Source: Mytilus trossulus (Eukaryota). Taken from it: DNA of 64,000 nucleotides. Below, in pieces: positions 27,611 through 39,678 of this stretch. The notes beneath the pieces are model-generated. The model was not told the DNA's origin and made no database searches. It saw nothing but the letters and a program-made list of their open reading frames with translations. The DNA lies in assembly GCF_036588685.1 (NCBI RefSeq), contig NC_086373.1, positions 41,540,001-41,604,000 of the forward strand. Reading direction: 5' to 3'. Made by a program: the position numbers and the translations under genes. The stretch's first letter is position 1; each line of letters begins with the position of its first letter.

Positions 27611-30600
27611 ACTGACTGCTGGGAAAGACCGGCTGACAACCAAGAATAGAATGGTGACGTCTGGAGAGACAGATGGCATTCAGGGAAGACTGAAACAAGG
27701 GTGTGAAGGGTTGGCATCCCAACACACTGTTCCTGTGAAGGAACACCATACCAAGCTACAGAACAGAATAAAGAGCAATACCCCCAGGGTCTTCCGAGAG
27801 GGGGGGAGGATGAAAGACCCATTGAGCAGGACAAAACGGTAACAACTCGGCTAATCCAACGGACTTTGACTGGAACAACGGCAGAAACCAAGTGTCATTG
27901 TGGAAAAGTTTGCAAGAACTTAAAAGGTTTCAAGATACACCAGGCAAGAACTAAGTGTGGATCTGGGAAGCAGCAAAGGGAACGCACAGTTAACACTGAT
28001 GAGACGGCGGAGGACCACAGCAAGGAAGCACACCACAGTGCTGAGGACCTCTTACCTAATGAAGCTACTCAGATCAACATTGAGGAGGAGCAAGGGAATC
28101 GAAACCAGCAGAAACCAGCGAAAACACCATCGACAGACAGCAGGAAAGAAAAGATACAATGGCCAGCAACAGATGATAAGAGATGGGAGATCTTTGACGA
28201 AGACCTAGATAAGATCTTAGATAACACACTAACAGGAGATGTACAGAGAAAGATATCATCATTGTCAACACTTATATATGCAGTAGGACAAGAAAGATTT
28301 GGAGGCAGTAACATCAAAACAAGAGAAAGCACTCTGGGTAACAGCAAACATAACAGACGTCAACAAGAAATACAAACACTCAGAACTGAAATAAGCGATG
28401 TCACTAAACAGTATAAAAGAGCAAATGAGGAGGAGAAAGAAGGATTGAATGAGCTAAGATCAATTCTGAGGGAAAGAAGAAACAATCTACAAAGAGCAGA
28501 AAGAATTAGAAAAGCTAGGAAGGAAAGAGGGAAGAAGAGAGCAATGTTTGTGGCCAACCCATATAAGTTTACCAAAGCAACACTGGACGGAACAAAGGCG
28601 GGATCAGTAAAAAGCTCAAAAGAGGAAGTGGAAAAACATCTACCAGAGACGCACAGTGACGAAAGGCAGTGGGCACATCTAGGTAACTGTGAAAGGATAG
28701 AGAATGTGCCAGAACCAGAGATACCAATGAACATTAAGGAACCATCATGGAAAGAAGTATCAGATGTTGTAAAGAAAGCCAGGTCTGCATCATCACCAGG
28801 ACCAAATGGCATCCCGTACAAAAGATATAAGCAGTGTCCAAAGATTTTGAAACACCTGTGGAGGCTACTGAAAGTGGTGTGGAGGAAAGGGAAGATACCA
28901 TCATGTTGGCAGAAAGCAGAGGGGTGTTTTATTCCAAAAGAGGAAAAATCAGAAGACATCACACAATTTAGAACTATTTCCCTCCTGAATGTAGAAGGAA
29001 AGATCTTTTTCTCTATTATGGCTAGAAGGATGACATCATATATGACAGATAACAACTATGTAGACACTTCAGTACAGAAGGGCGGAATACCAGGATTCTC
29101 AGGATGCATTGAACATACAAGCATCATTTCACAACTGATTCAAGAGGCCAAAGTAAACAAGAAAGATCTTACAGTAGTATGGCTAGATTTGGCAAACGCA
29201 TATGGCACTATTCCTCACATGCTGATACAGGAGTCACTAGACCATTATCATATTCCCGACCACTTTAAGAAAGTAATAAGAAGCTATCTCAGTGGGATTG
29301 AGCTGCGATTTACAACGAGCACATTCACAACAACATGGCAGAAACTACAAAAAGGAATAGTTACTGGATGTACCATCTCAGTTATTTTGTTTGTCATGGG
29401 AATGAATATGATTATTAAATCTGGAGAGAGAGAAACTAGAGGCCAAAAAACATCAACTGACATTAGGCAACCACCAAATAGAGGGTTTATGGACGATTTA
29501 ACCATCACCACAGATACTCATGTCCAGGCTAGATGGGTGTTGAAGGCTTTGGAAGAGACAGTTACATGGGCAAGGATGGCTTTTAAACCAAGGAAGTCTA
29601 GAGCTTTAATAATAAGGAAAGGGAAGAGCACACACCAAGTCGAACTGAAGGTGCAAGGGGAAGTCATTCCATCAATAATAGACAATCCTATCAAGTGCTT
29701 AGGAAAGTGGTATGATGACTCTCTTAGTGACAAGAACAATATCAGGAAAATCGAACAACAGGTTTCAGAGGGAATGAGGAACATCGATAAGACAGGTCTA
29801 CCAGGGAAATTAAAGGCATGGATATACCAACATGGACTCCTGCCAAGGATATCATGGCCACTTATGTTGTACGAAATTACATTATCAACAGTTGAGAAGC
29901 TTGAAAGAACCATCAACAGACATCTAAGGAAATGGTTAGGTGTCCCTCCAAGTTTTACAACTGTAGGACTGTACAGCAGGACCGCAAAGTTGCAGCTCCC
30001 ATTAACATCTATAGTGGAAGAATTCAAAGTATGCAAAACTCGCCTTGTAATGACATTGAAAGAATCAAAAGACGACAAAGTAAGAACAGCAGGTGTCCAA
30101 GTAAGAACAGGACGAAAGTGGTCAGCATCAAAAGCAGTTTCAGAGGCAGAGAGTAGATTAAGGCACAAAGATATCATAGGAACGGTGGCAGTAGGAAGAC
30201 AGGGCCTTGGAACATCAAAATGTTGCTACTGGAAAAACGCTAACACTAAAGAAAGACGAAGTTTAGTTCAAAGAGAGGTAAAATCTAGAGAAGAAGAGAA
30301 CAGACAAGCAAAGACAGTAGAATTAGGGTGCCAAGGCGCATGGTCAAGATGGGATTTAGAACAACGATCCCTCACATGGTCAGAAATATGGCGATATCCT
30401 CAGTACCAATTACAGTTTCTTCTGAGATCAGTGTATGATGTGTTACCAACACCATCTAATCTGCACAGGTGGAAACTATCAGAAACACCAGATTGTCCCT
30501 TGTGCGGAAATAGAGGAACACTTCATCATGTACTTTCAGGATGCAATATCGCTCTCACACAGGGGAGATATACATGGCGACACAACCAAGTACTCAGGGA

Positions 30601-31290
30601 ACTTGCTGAAGTGATAGAGAAACAGAGGAGAGATGCAAAACAAACTAAGAACAAACCTATGAAAATCCAGTTTGTGAAGGAGGGGGAAATAGGCCAGAAA
30701 AGTAAACAGAACACATCAGGAATGTTACATCAGGCTAAAGACTGGCAGCTAGAAGTAGATCTAGGGAAAAAGCTGCAATTTCCGGACATTGTACAAACCA
30801 ACCTAAGACCAGACATGGTTCTATGGTCTTCCGGCAGTAAAAAGGTTATGATAATTGAGCTGACTGTTCCCTGGGAGGAGAGATGTGGCGAAGCCAATGA
30901 AAGAAAGAGGGCAAAGTATGACGAACTATTGGCAGAATGTAGAGATAAAGGATGGCAGACATGGAACTTTCCTGTTGAGGTTGGCTGCATAGGCTTCCCT
31001 GCACAGTCAGTGTGGCGGTTGCTTTCTGCAGTAGGAGTGACTGGCCGGCAAAGAAGAACAGCAATACAGAAACTAGGCCAAGCAGCAGAGAAAGCGTCTT
31101 GCTGGATATGGATGAAAAGAGACAGTAGTAGCTGGAAACCCACCACCAATGCGCAGTGATTGATCACCACTGTGGACCCCCCGTCCTGAGAGTGTACCGA
31201 GCTAGGGGTCGAAACACACGATGACGGATGGCCTCGGCTGAGGACATTGGCGGTGTTTGCAGTAATTCCATCAGTACTGTATGTAAGTAA
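27611..31290 (+). mobile_element. Full-length RLE-type non-LTR retrotransposon (R2 group; HERO-like clade)
   Basis: Single long ORF plus a GC-richer structured 5' leader and a pseudoknot-forming 3' UTR. Boundaries are approximate and no clear TSD was found. Confidence 0.85.
27866..31159 (+). CDS. Reverse transcriptase / restriction-like endonuclease polyprotein
   Basis: N-terminal zinc finger CHCGKVCKNLKGFKIHQARTKC; RT motifs SPGPNGI, FRTISLL, WLDLANAYG, GIVTGCTIS, FMDD; CCHC knuckle CPLCGNRGTLHHVLSGC; RLE motifs RHN...RPD...IELTVPWE...KRAKY. No internal stops; the frame is open from 27707. Confidence 0.95.
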   Translation: MTGTTAETKCHCGKVCKNLKGFKIHQARTKCGSGKQQRERTVNTDETAEDHSKEAHHSAEDLLPNEATQINIEEEQGNRNQQKPAKTPSTDSRKEKIQWPATDDKRWEIFDEDLDKILDNTLTGDVQRKISSLSTLIYAVGQERFGGSNIKTRESTLGNSKHNRRQQEIQTLRTEISDVTKQYKRANEEEKEGLNELRSILRERRNNLQRAERIRKARKERGKKRAMFVANPYKFTKATLDGTKAGSVKSSKEEVEKHLPETHSDERQWAHLGNCERIENVPEPEIPMNIKEPSWKEVSDVVKKARSASSPGPNGIPYKRYKQCPKILKHLWRLLKVVWRKGKIPSCWQKAEGCFIPKEEKSEDITQFRTISLLNVEGKIFFSIMARRMTSYMTDNNYVDTSVQKGGIPGFSGCIEHTSIISQLIQEAKVNKKDLTVVWLDLANAYGTIPHMLIQESLDHYHIPDHFKKVIRSYLSGIELRFTTSTFTTTWQKLQKGIVTGCTISVILFVMGMNMIIKSGERETRGQKTSTDIRQPPNRGFMDDLTITTDTHVQARWVLKALEETVTWARMAFKPRKSRALIIRKGKSTHQVELKVQGEVIPSIIDNPIKCLGKWYDDSLSDKNNIRKIEQQVSEGMRNIDKTGLPGKLKAWIYQHGLLPRISWPLMLYEITLSTVEKLERTINRHLRKWLGVPPSFTTVGLYSRTAKLQLPLTSIVEEFKVCKTRLVMTLKESKDDKVRTAGVQVRTGRKWSASKAVSEAESRLRHKDIIGTVAVGRQGLGTSKCCYWKNANTKERRSLVQREVKSREEENRQAKTVELGCQGAWSRWDLEQRSLTWSEIWRYPQYQLQFLLRSVYDVLPTPSNLHRWKLSETPDCPLCGNRGTLHHVLSGCNIALTQGRYTWRHNQVLRELAEVIEKQRRDAKQTKNKPMKIQFVKEGEIGQKSKQNTSGMLHQAKDWQLEVDLGKKLQFPDIVQTNLRPDMVLWSSGSKKVMIIELTVPWEERCGEANERKRAKYDELLAECRDKGWQTWNFPVEVGCIGFPAQSVWRLLSAVGVTGRQRRTAIQKLGQAAEKASCWIWMKRDSSSWKPTTNAQ

Positions 31291-31502
31291 AATAGGTGTC
31301 TTTCTGAAATTGTTTAAGATCTCACCTACTAATTTCTTGATTTTGTATTTACATTAAGTCACAGATCGAATTTATTCGTCCAATGAATGTTCACTTGTTT
31401 GTGTTGATATGTCTTTTGATTTGCGTTAATTTATATTTCAATTGATATTTTCCAGTGTGTCTTTCTATGTTGTGATGTTACACTTTTGTTTCAGATAAGG
31501 GT

Positions 31503-32050
31503 AAATAAAGGCAAAAGTAGTATACCGCTGTTCAAAACTCATAAAGCCATGGACAAAAAACAAAATCGGGGTAACAAACTAAAACCGAGGGAAACGCATT
31601 AAATATAAGAGGAGAACAACGACACAACACTGAAATGTAACACACACAGAAACGGACCAAGCATCAGAAAAAAATCTCACGAGAATAACAAATCTAACAT
31701 GAAAACCAAATACATGAATTTGGGATAGACAAGTACCGTGACACGTATTATCGCAATGTGAATTTACACTCAAAAATGAGAGAAAAAAACCCGACGCAAC
31801 GTTAAAATGTATTACACACATAAACGAACAATAATATAACAAAGGCCATCTTCCTGACTTGGTACAGGACATTTTTGAAGGGAAAAAATGGTGAGTTGAA
31901 CCTGGTTTTGTGGCATGCCAGACCTCGCACTTTAATGGCAATGTTAAATATAACATTGAAATGACAACATAATATTACAGGACTACAATACAAATAAATA
32001 GGAGAACATATTAGACAAAGAAACACATGATTAATACTCATTAAAAATCC
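31503..32050. repeat. Dispersed repeat family (AAATAAAGGCAAxAGTAGTATACCGCTGTTC…)
   Basis: Homologous pieces at ~14625-14822, 40760-40830 and 41305-41445. Confidence 0.6.
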
Positions 32051-33031
32051 GCTGCATTTAATTTGTTTGCACTTGTCTGAAGTCAGGAACCTGATGTTTA
32101 GTGGTTGTCGTTTGATGATGTGGTTCATAAGTGTTTTTCGTGTCACGTTTTTTTATATAGATCAGACCGTCGGCTTTCCCATTTGAAAGATTTTACACTA
32201 GTCATTGTAATGGCACTTTATAGCTTGCTGTTCGATGTGAGCCAAGGTTCCGTGTTGAAAACCGAAATTCGACCCTTTGTCGACCTTTAATGGTTTAATT
32301 TTACAATTGTTACTTGGAAGCAGCGAAGTCTCATTGGCATTCATACCACATCTTTTTATATCTATAAAATCATATAATCCTTATATAAACGCAGATTTTA
32401 AACAACAAATATCGATTACATTGTTCAGGTTCCTCTATGTAAATCAACATTAGCGAAAAGACTTAAGTTCATCGTAGGTAAAACAAGGAGTAAGATACTA
32501 AAGAAACATTCAAACTCATGGGTAGAAATAGAACATATAAAACTAAAGACTGAGAAACATGACACCCCCCCCCCCCAAAAAAAAAAAAAAGAAAAGATAA
32601 AAAGAAAAAAAAAAGAAAAAAAAAAAGGGATACCAGGTGCTCCGGAGATTTCAACAAATCATAATTCCAAGTGATGAAGACACCACGCAATAACGGATTG
32701 TCAACTGATCCTTATCCAAGACATCACAAAAATCTAGCACATCGGTTTTGTAAATTTTCGAATTCTGGAACTTGAGCGAATGTGAAATTTCTAAATTGAA
32801 ACACCTTTTTCATGACATAGGGTAGACGAGACGCATACCAATCTTTAACAAACTTTACTTAAATTGTCTGTTTATAAATTTTTGAAATTATTATGAAACT
32901 AAGATTTCAACTCCCTCAGGCAAAGTTGGCTTTAGACGAATTTGGCTATTAATTTTAGGTATTTTTGACATATAGCTCTTCAACGATTTTCGGTACTTAT
33001 ACATCTTCGGATTTCAAATGTTTGGCTTTGA

Positions 33032-33073
33032 GCGTTCCTGATGAAGGAAAATCCAGAAAAGCGCTTCGGACGC
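33032..33073 (+). ncRNA. Minimal type I hammerhead ribozyme (second family) in a Penelope-associated repeat
   Basis: Stem I GCGTTC/GGACGC, CTGATGA core at 33038-33044, stem II GGA-aaa-TCC, GAAA at 33056-33059, palindromic stem III AGCGCT, cleavage triplet UUC (cut after 33067). Confidence 0.75.
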
Positions 33074-33259
33074 AATAAATAATAAAACGTGTTGTTTTCC
33101 ATTTTTTATCAACATTAAGATTGAAAAACATAAAAGAACTAAATCAGAACATCGTGAACCCCTCAAATGATGGGAAATATCAGGCGCTCCGTAAGGGTAA
33201 GGAGACACTGCTTCTCATGTGTCACCCATCGTGTTGCTCATGCAAGTAAAAACCTGGTG

Positions 33260-34300
33260 ATAATTATACAAAAGGGGCGAAAGATACCAGAGAAACAGTC
33301 AACCTCATAAATCGAAAATACACCGACAACGCCATGGCTAAAAATGAAAAAGAAAAACAGACAAATAATAGTACCCAAGAAACAACACAGAAAACTAATG
33401 ACCGAGCAATACGAACCTCACCTAAAACTGGGGATGAGTTCAGGTGCTCCGGAAGGAGGAGAAGATCCTCATGCGGCACCCCTCGTGTTGCTCATGTTAT
33501 TACAAACCCGATAAATTGTCTAATTCGGCAGGTCACATTTATGAAAAGGGAAAGGGATTGTAGAATAAACATATCCGATATCATCTGTGAAACGCATATT
33601 TCATAACGGTAAACCAACTCGTGGAGGCGTCCGTAAAATCTACAAGGGAATGATTTCAACTTCATCATTTGGAACTCTTGGGTTTTATAGCTTTCTTGTG
33701 AGTAGCAACCCTCTGTCAAGGATATCATGATAGGAAATAGAAGTGCGGGAATATCGTATCAATTGGGAGATATATACTCCGTATACATGCGCTGGTGGAA
33801 TTTTACTTCATAGAAATGGAAAGTTCACAATTGGGAAGCTGAAATCATCTAGTTTTTCGAAAAGTTTTGTTTTCAACCAACCTTCACTGTAAATTTCTAG
33901 ATGTAAGTCAAGATATGATGTAGACCTAACTGTATCAGTTGTATCCTTTATCGCTAGTTCGATGGGATAGATGCGTTCCACATTAGTGAGAGAATCATCT
34001 ATGTAGCGGAAAATAAAGGATATTTCTAAATTCTTATTTTTTATCCTGTATGAAGTCATCCTCATAGTAATTAAGAAACAAGTCGACAAGAAGAAAAGCA
34101 CAATTGGTTCCCATTGGAATGCCGGCAGTCTGTTGAAAAACATGTCCTCCAAACGTATCAAGAAATCAAGCATCTTGATAATGTCAGTTTCAGAGAATTT
34201 TTTGTTTGAATCAGTGTGATCCTGTGCAAAGTAGGATTTATCCCTCTCTTAGAAAAGATACTTGTATCTTCGTTGGCCATACTTTTTTATGTCACATTAT
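33260..34300 (-). mobile_element. Degenerate Penelope-like element, RT fragment and 3' region
   Basis: Frameshifted RT motifs FQQTAGIPMGTNCAFLLVDLFL, FRYIDD, IYPIEL…YLDLHL…DDFSFPIVNFPFL, …FYGRLHELV; downstream CTTCCGGAGCACCTG motif. Confidence 0.8.
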
Positions 34301-34828
34301 AAGAAAGGATACAGGATTGCAGCCATGACAGTTGGTCCATTTTCGTCGAATTACAGACTCCTTAAAAGACTCATAAAAAGGGTTGATTTCAACTTCACTT
34401 GGAACTCTTGGCATAATACCTTTCTTGTGAGCACCAAGCAAATCATGATAGGAAATACGAGCCTTCAAATATCGTATTGACTCGGAGATATAACCTAGAA
34501 AAAGTTTTTTTTAATTCTTGAAAGCGTATTGGAAAGTTATAACCCCTTGGAGAGAGGGGTTTCCTCCTTTTTGCTGTTTTATATTATATATCTGGTTGAC
34601 GTTTAATTACTCTTTTTTTTGGCTTTTGTCATTTATATTTGAGCCCATTGTAGGACTGTTAATTGTAAATGTATATAACAAAAATGTTTATTTAGTTTTT
34701 GGTTTACTGAGAACAAAATCAATATTAATACCAATAAAAACAATATTCAATGATGTATTAACAGTGTTGAATTGGTAACCTTTTAAAATAAGTTTACATC
34801 ACGGATCGATAAATTTACAGGATCGTTT

Positions 34829-35335
34829 CTAGATTTTCGGGCAAGGGAAACAAAATCTCCGTAAAAATGCGGATGTTACTTCGTTTGAAATAACTCTTCT
34901 ACAGGAACAATCATACTTCAAAACGAAATCTTTATATCCATGGTAGAATTCAGTGAAGGTTTTAAGTAATTTGTGGTTACAAAATCTCTGGCTTAATAAT
35001 TTACCAGTAATACCTAGATTACGTTCATTAAAATTAAAAACGTTATAACTCACTTGGGCATAGCGAACGAGTTGTAAGATATAAACAGTGTAGGATTGTG
35101 CCATCGGAACATTATCATCTAACAATGGAAAATTAACAATAGGGAATGAAATATCGTCCCTTTTGTCTTGAATTTTAGTGTGAAGTTTATCGTGTAAAAC
35201 CGAAATATTTAGATCCAAAAAAAGACGGGTATTACCGTTTAAATTTGATTTATTTAAAGTAAGTTCTATATGTCAATTGCTGCAGTATATCTAGAAGGTT
35301 TTTATTTAACGAAAAAATATCATCAAGGTAAGGGT
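34829..35335 (-). mobile_element. Second degenerate Penelope-like RT fragment
   Basis: DLNISV…LHTKIQDKRDDISFPIVNFP…VYILQLVRYA…TGKLLSQRF, which matches the Penelope RT thumb region. Confidence 0.75.
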
Positions 35336-36094
35336 AAATGTGATTGAATTGTATTTTCGTCGTTGTGAATATGTCTTATAGGTTCTATCTTACATGCAGG
35401 CTAGAATAAGATGCATGGTCACATTTGATTGTTAACAAATTTGCATTTTAGTATTATGTATTGATATACATGCATTTTTTTCATTTAACTTTTTCTTGGT
35501 GAAAGAAATCTTGAAAGGCTTATGTTATATAATTTGACTATTTTGATGGTATGTTATGTATGTCGACGAAACAACTAATATTTTACAATAATATGTATAG
35601 AAATACCAAACATATATGAATTACAATTGTATCTGACTGGCATGTTAGCACTTTTCACTTCCCTGAAATACAAAAATATTTCCCTAAATTCCCACCAGCT
35701 CATATATTTCTGTTAATTTTTATCATAATCTAAAAATTCTGGAGTCAAACAGTTATCTACATTGGCTAGAGGTATAGGGGGAGGGTTGAGATCTCACGAA
35801 CATGTTTAACCCCGTCACATTGTTTCGCCTGTCCCAAGTCAGGAGCCTCCGGCCTTTGTCAGTCTTGTATATTATTTTAATTTTAGTTTCTTGTGTACAA
35901 TTTGCAAATTAGTATGGCATTCATTATCACTGAACTAGTATATATTTGTGAAGGGGCCAGCTGAAGGACGCCTCCGGTGCGGGAATTTCTCGCTACATTG
36001 AAGACCTGTTTGGTGGCCTTCTGCTGTTGTGTTTTTTCTATGGTCGGGTTGTTTTCTCTTTGACACATAACCCATTTCCATTCTCAATTTTAGC

Positions 36095-36385
36095 AAAGGT
36101 ACCAGGATTATAATTTAGTACGCCAGACGTGCGTTTCGTCTACATATGATGCATGAGTGACGCTCATATCAAAATATTTATATAGCCAAACCAATAGAAA
36201 GTGGAATAGCATTGAGGATCCAAAATACCAATAAGTTGTGCCAAAATCGGCTAAGGTAATCTATGCCTGGATAAGAAAATCCTTAGTTTTTCGAAAAATG
36301 CAGAGTTTTGTAAACAGGAAATTTGTGAAAATGACCACATTATTGATATTTATAACAACACCGAAGTGTTGACTACTGGGCTGAA
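36095..36385 (-). mobile_element. Degenerate retrozyme-family copy (hammerhead core mutated)
   Basis: Homologous to 47754-48165, but the CTGATGA core is altered. Confidence 0.7.
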
Positions 36386-37019
36386 CATGCTTTTCTATTT
36401 GTGATATGTAAGCATGATAAAAACATTTAGAAAAAAAACCCACTACAACAGAAAACGAAGAGCGTTTCGAAACGGATATGTAATTCACTGGGATGTTAGG
36501 CGAGACACTTTTTCAAGTTACTTGTTTCAATTAGAAAAAAATCCTTCAACGTCATATATTTTTTTTTATTGAAATGCTTTGATTTGGATACGAGCATGAA
36601 TAGGAATTTAGTTTACTTTGTGAAAAATCATACAGAGTCAAGGAAAAAGTATACCGACGAGGATATTACTACTTTGATTTGGATACGAGCATAGATAGTT
36701 ACATGGTCTAACATTGACCCAATGATTGTAAAAAATCATCTTCATGTCTGGTTTGCATATACTCATGTATACAGTATAAACACGATAAGGTGTTTGACGA
36801 CAATAATACCGGGACGGTAAATGCATCTTGCCCTAGGGCATACATATATCTAGACATGGTTTACATTTGTGATTAATATCAACATTTTGAGAATCAATTA
36901 ATTAATCTTTACATCTTTTCTTAAGATTTCGAAATACAATCAAAGCAATAGACATTCAATATACACGATATAGTATCTCGCTGAGTAACATCGATTTTTA
37001 TTATTTCGTACGTCGTTAA

Positions 37020-37583
37020 AGTCATAAGAAACCTCAAGTAAAAAAAAATTAATGCATATGTTTTTTATAACTCAATGGATAGTTTTCATTATAAAACTTA
37101 TGTACATATACTTTTTTCTGAAGAAAATTCTTTAATTTATTCATATTTAGAAGAAGTTTACTTTATTTGAATTGCTTCCTTCCAGCAAGCAATTCCCCCG
37201 ACATATTTTCCGTATGCAAGGTGACCTCAGTGTGACCCATCTCGTAAAAATCCGGTGACCACAATACGCATGGATGTCCTTAAAATAAACTATTATCTGT
37301 ATTTACATGTTAAACACGTGCTCAATTTCCATGCTTTTTGTTTATTTTTCGTCAATTCTTGACAAACAGGTGACAATCGTTAAACTTCAAAACACGAACT
37401 TTAATTACCTGCCATATTTTCACAACAACACTAACCGATTGAAAAAAAAATGACGATTATACGAAATTTACACGAAAAAAATGATAAATTCGAGTACAGA
37501 AGACTAAGTTTTTGATGTTTGTATGCGTTGGTTCAAGAATTGGAAGAACATTATTTTTCACCGGTCACTCGTTTCTTATGACT
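37020..37583. mobile_element. Kolobok-type non-autonomous DNA transposon
   Basis: TIR AGTCATAAGAAAC/GTTTCTTATGACT; TTAA at 37016-37019 and 37584-37587. Confidence 0.8.
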
Positions 37584-38310
37584 TTAAACATCGCTTAATT
37601 GCTTTACCTTTCTTTAGTGCCTGCAATATATACATATTGCTTCGAAACATTAACTGCGGTGTCCGAACAATTTCATAATTATTTAGAAACACTGATTTAA
37701 CCATGAAACAAAATATAACTATGTAAACACAAAATTAATGTCAAATATGGGAAATTATGAGTTTGAACTATTCTCTAATCACCAAGAAGTCAGAAGTATA
37801 CAACCAACGCAGTATCAGATGTTTGTGGTATGTTCAGTCTTACAATCTTCATTTTTATAATATAGTTTAAGAACATGTGTGTAGTGCGCATGAAAGAGGA
37901 GTGTTGTTTTGAAAATACTAACACTATACTATCAAAAACATGAGAAGATCTTTCAGAATATCAATTGGTGTTAAACTGGCCAAATGGGCGAGATGAGTAA
38001 GTGCATTGGTAAACAAGTTTTGCTATACATTTTTCCTCATATTTTTTCTTGTTTTAGGGGATACATTATAATGTCATACTACAAACATTTTTCTCATAAT
38101 ATTGTATCATTTTCATCATTTGTATTTATATTTGGATGCTATTTATTTTATGATTATGATTGCTTTGACGTTGACACCTACGTAAACTGTATTTTGTAGT
38201 GCGATATTGAACTATTATAGACCAAAGCAAATTGATTTCAACATTTTTTTTTATACAAAAGTACTAATAATAAGTTAGAATTCAAATTGTGCATTTCGGC
38301 GATATTCTCT

Positions 38311-39678
38311 TCATGGTGTGTATCCTTTGGAACGTCTTCTTCTACAAATCATGTGACAATTAACAGATGCACAGTATTTGCTAGTTGGACAATCTGAATC
38401 GAGATGGCAGTCTGTTTTGCAACCAGTCTTTCCTCCTAACACTGACTGAAACGCGACTCCTAAACCAGCAGCACTAACTGATCCGCTTCTTCTTAAAGAA
38501 ACTGTGTCCAACACATCTAGCCCATTTCGTCTAGAGGTAATTGCGCCAAGAATATCGGAACCTGTATGACTAGACCCTCCACGGCTACTACCAATAGTTT
38601 CCAAATGACCATTCCTAGATAGATCTAAATTTCTGGCCAAACCAGATGAACCAATTCGACTGCCGGAGGATAAATGACCATCATTACTTGAAACCCTGGT
38701 CAAGACAGATGATGACCCTGTGTTTCCCCTTCTGAAAGAGTCTGATAATCTAGATGAACCAATGATGCTTCCAGAAGAAATTTCGACGCAGTAGCTGCTA
38801 CAGCCATCATGTACACATTTATGTCCCATACGACATAACTTGTCATCTCCACACCCATAATGACAGTCACTGTCGTCGTCAGATAAAGACCGAGACAAAC
38901 CAGCTATAGAGCCTCTAGATGCAAATGTCCTGCTTCCAACAGAATCCCTGGGCAGTCCTCTACCGGCTGATGACCCGTGTGTTAGAAATTCATTTCCTAT
39001 TCCATGCGATGTTCCAGCTCTTGATCCTGCTCGTCTATTTGCATCAATGACATCCAGGACAGAAAGAGATCCACCACCACGACCACCGTTTATGTTTCTC
39101 CCAACTGTGTTTTCAACCAGCAAAACCTTTTCTACTCCATGTCTGTCTAATGCATGTTTGTCTGTGGGTGCGTAGACTATAAAATAAATATTTGACCTGT
39201 TATATTTCACAAATCTTGAAATACAGAACAATAAAAATTAACTCTTGTTTATATGTAAGTATAAGGTTTCTGGGATTTTTACCAATGATATCAACTAAGG
39301 ATTAAATGACTAGAATGTTATCAACTTAAGGGAAAGTACGGCTTCGGCACAGATGTATGCTTCTTTCGTGTAATAAGCTATAAAAGACTTCATATGAAAA
39401 ATGTGAACCAATTCAAAAAGAAAAAAAACTTTTGAGAAATGTTCTTTCATAATAGTCAAAAATATGTAGATGTAAGTAAATATCTTCTTAAGTATTGAAA
39501 TTATATCTTTTTAAAGATTTTTTTATTGTAAGTCATTTAGATTTTTGTATCTTCACACAAAACCACTTCTGTCAAAATAGTCTGGAAACTCGCAGGAAGC
39601 GATTCGAATATTTTACATACCGGCTAGTGTTACTGTTGTCAATGCAATCAAAAAGAAAATAGCCTGGAATCGCATCAT
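38311..39678 (-). CDS. Cluster gene 2 (subtype B): secreted Ser/Gly/Arg-rich protein with two 6-Cys WAP-like modules (307 aa)
   Basis: Exon 2 coding part 39678-39621 (MMRFQAIFFLIALTTVTLA); exon 3 39176-38311. Exon 1 ~40127-40089; TATAAAA at 40157-40151. Confidence 0.9.

Noticed and set aside
28069-31170. Long minus-strand ORFs (231, 219 and 146 aa) within the retrotransposon
   Set aside because: Antisense shadows of the A-rich RT ORF; no recognisable motifs.
31181-31227. Possible hammerhead in the retrotransposon 3' UTR (CTGAGAG…GAAAC)
   Set aside because: The core is not CUGANGA and no stem II forms; a pseudoknot explains the pairings better.
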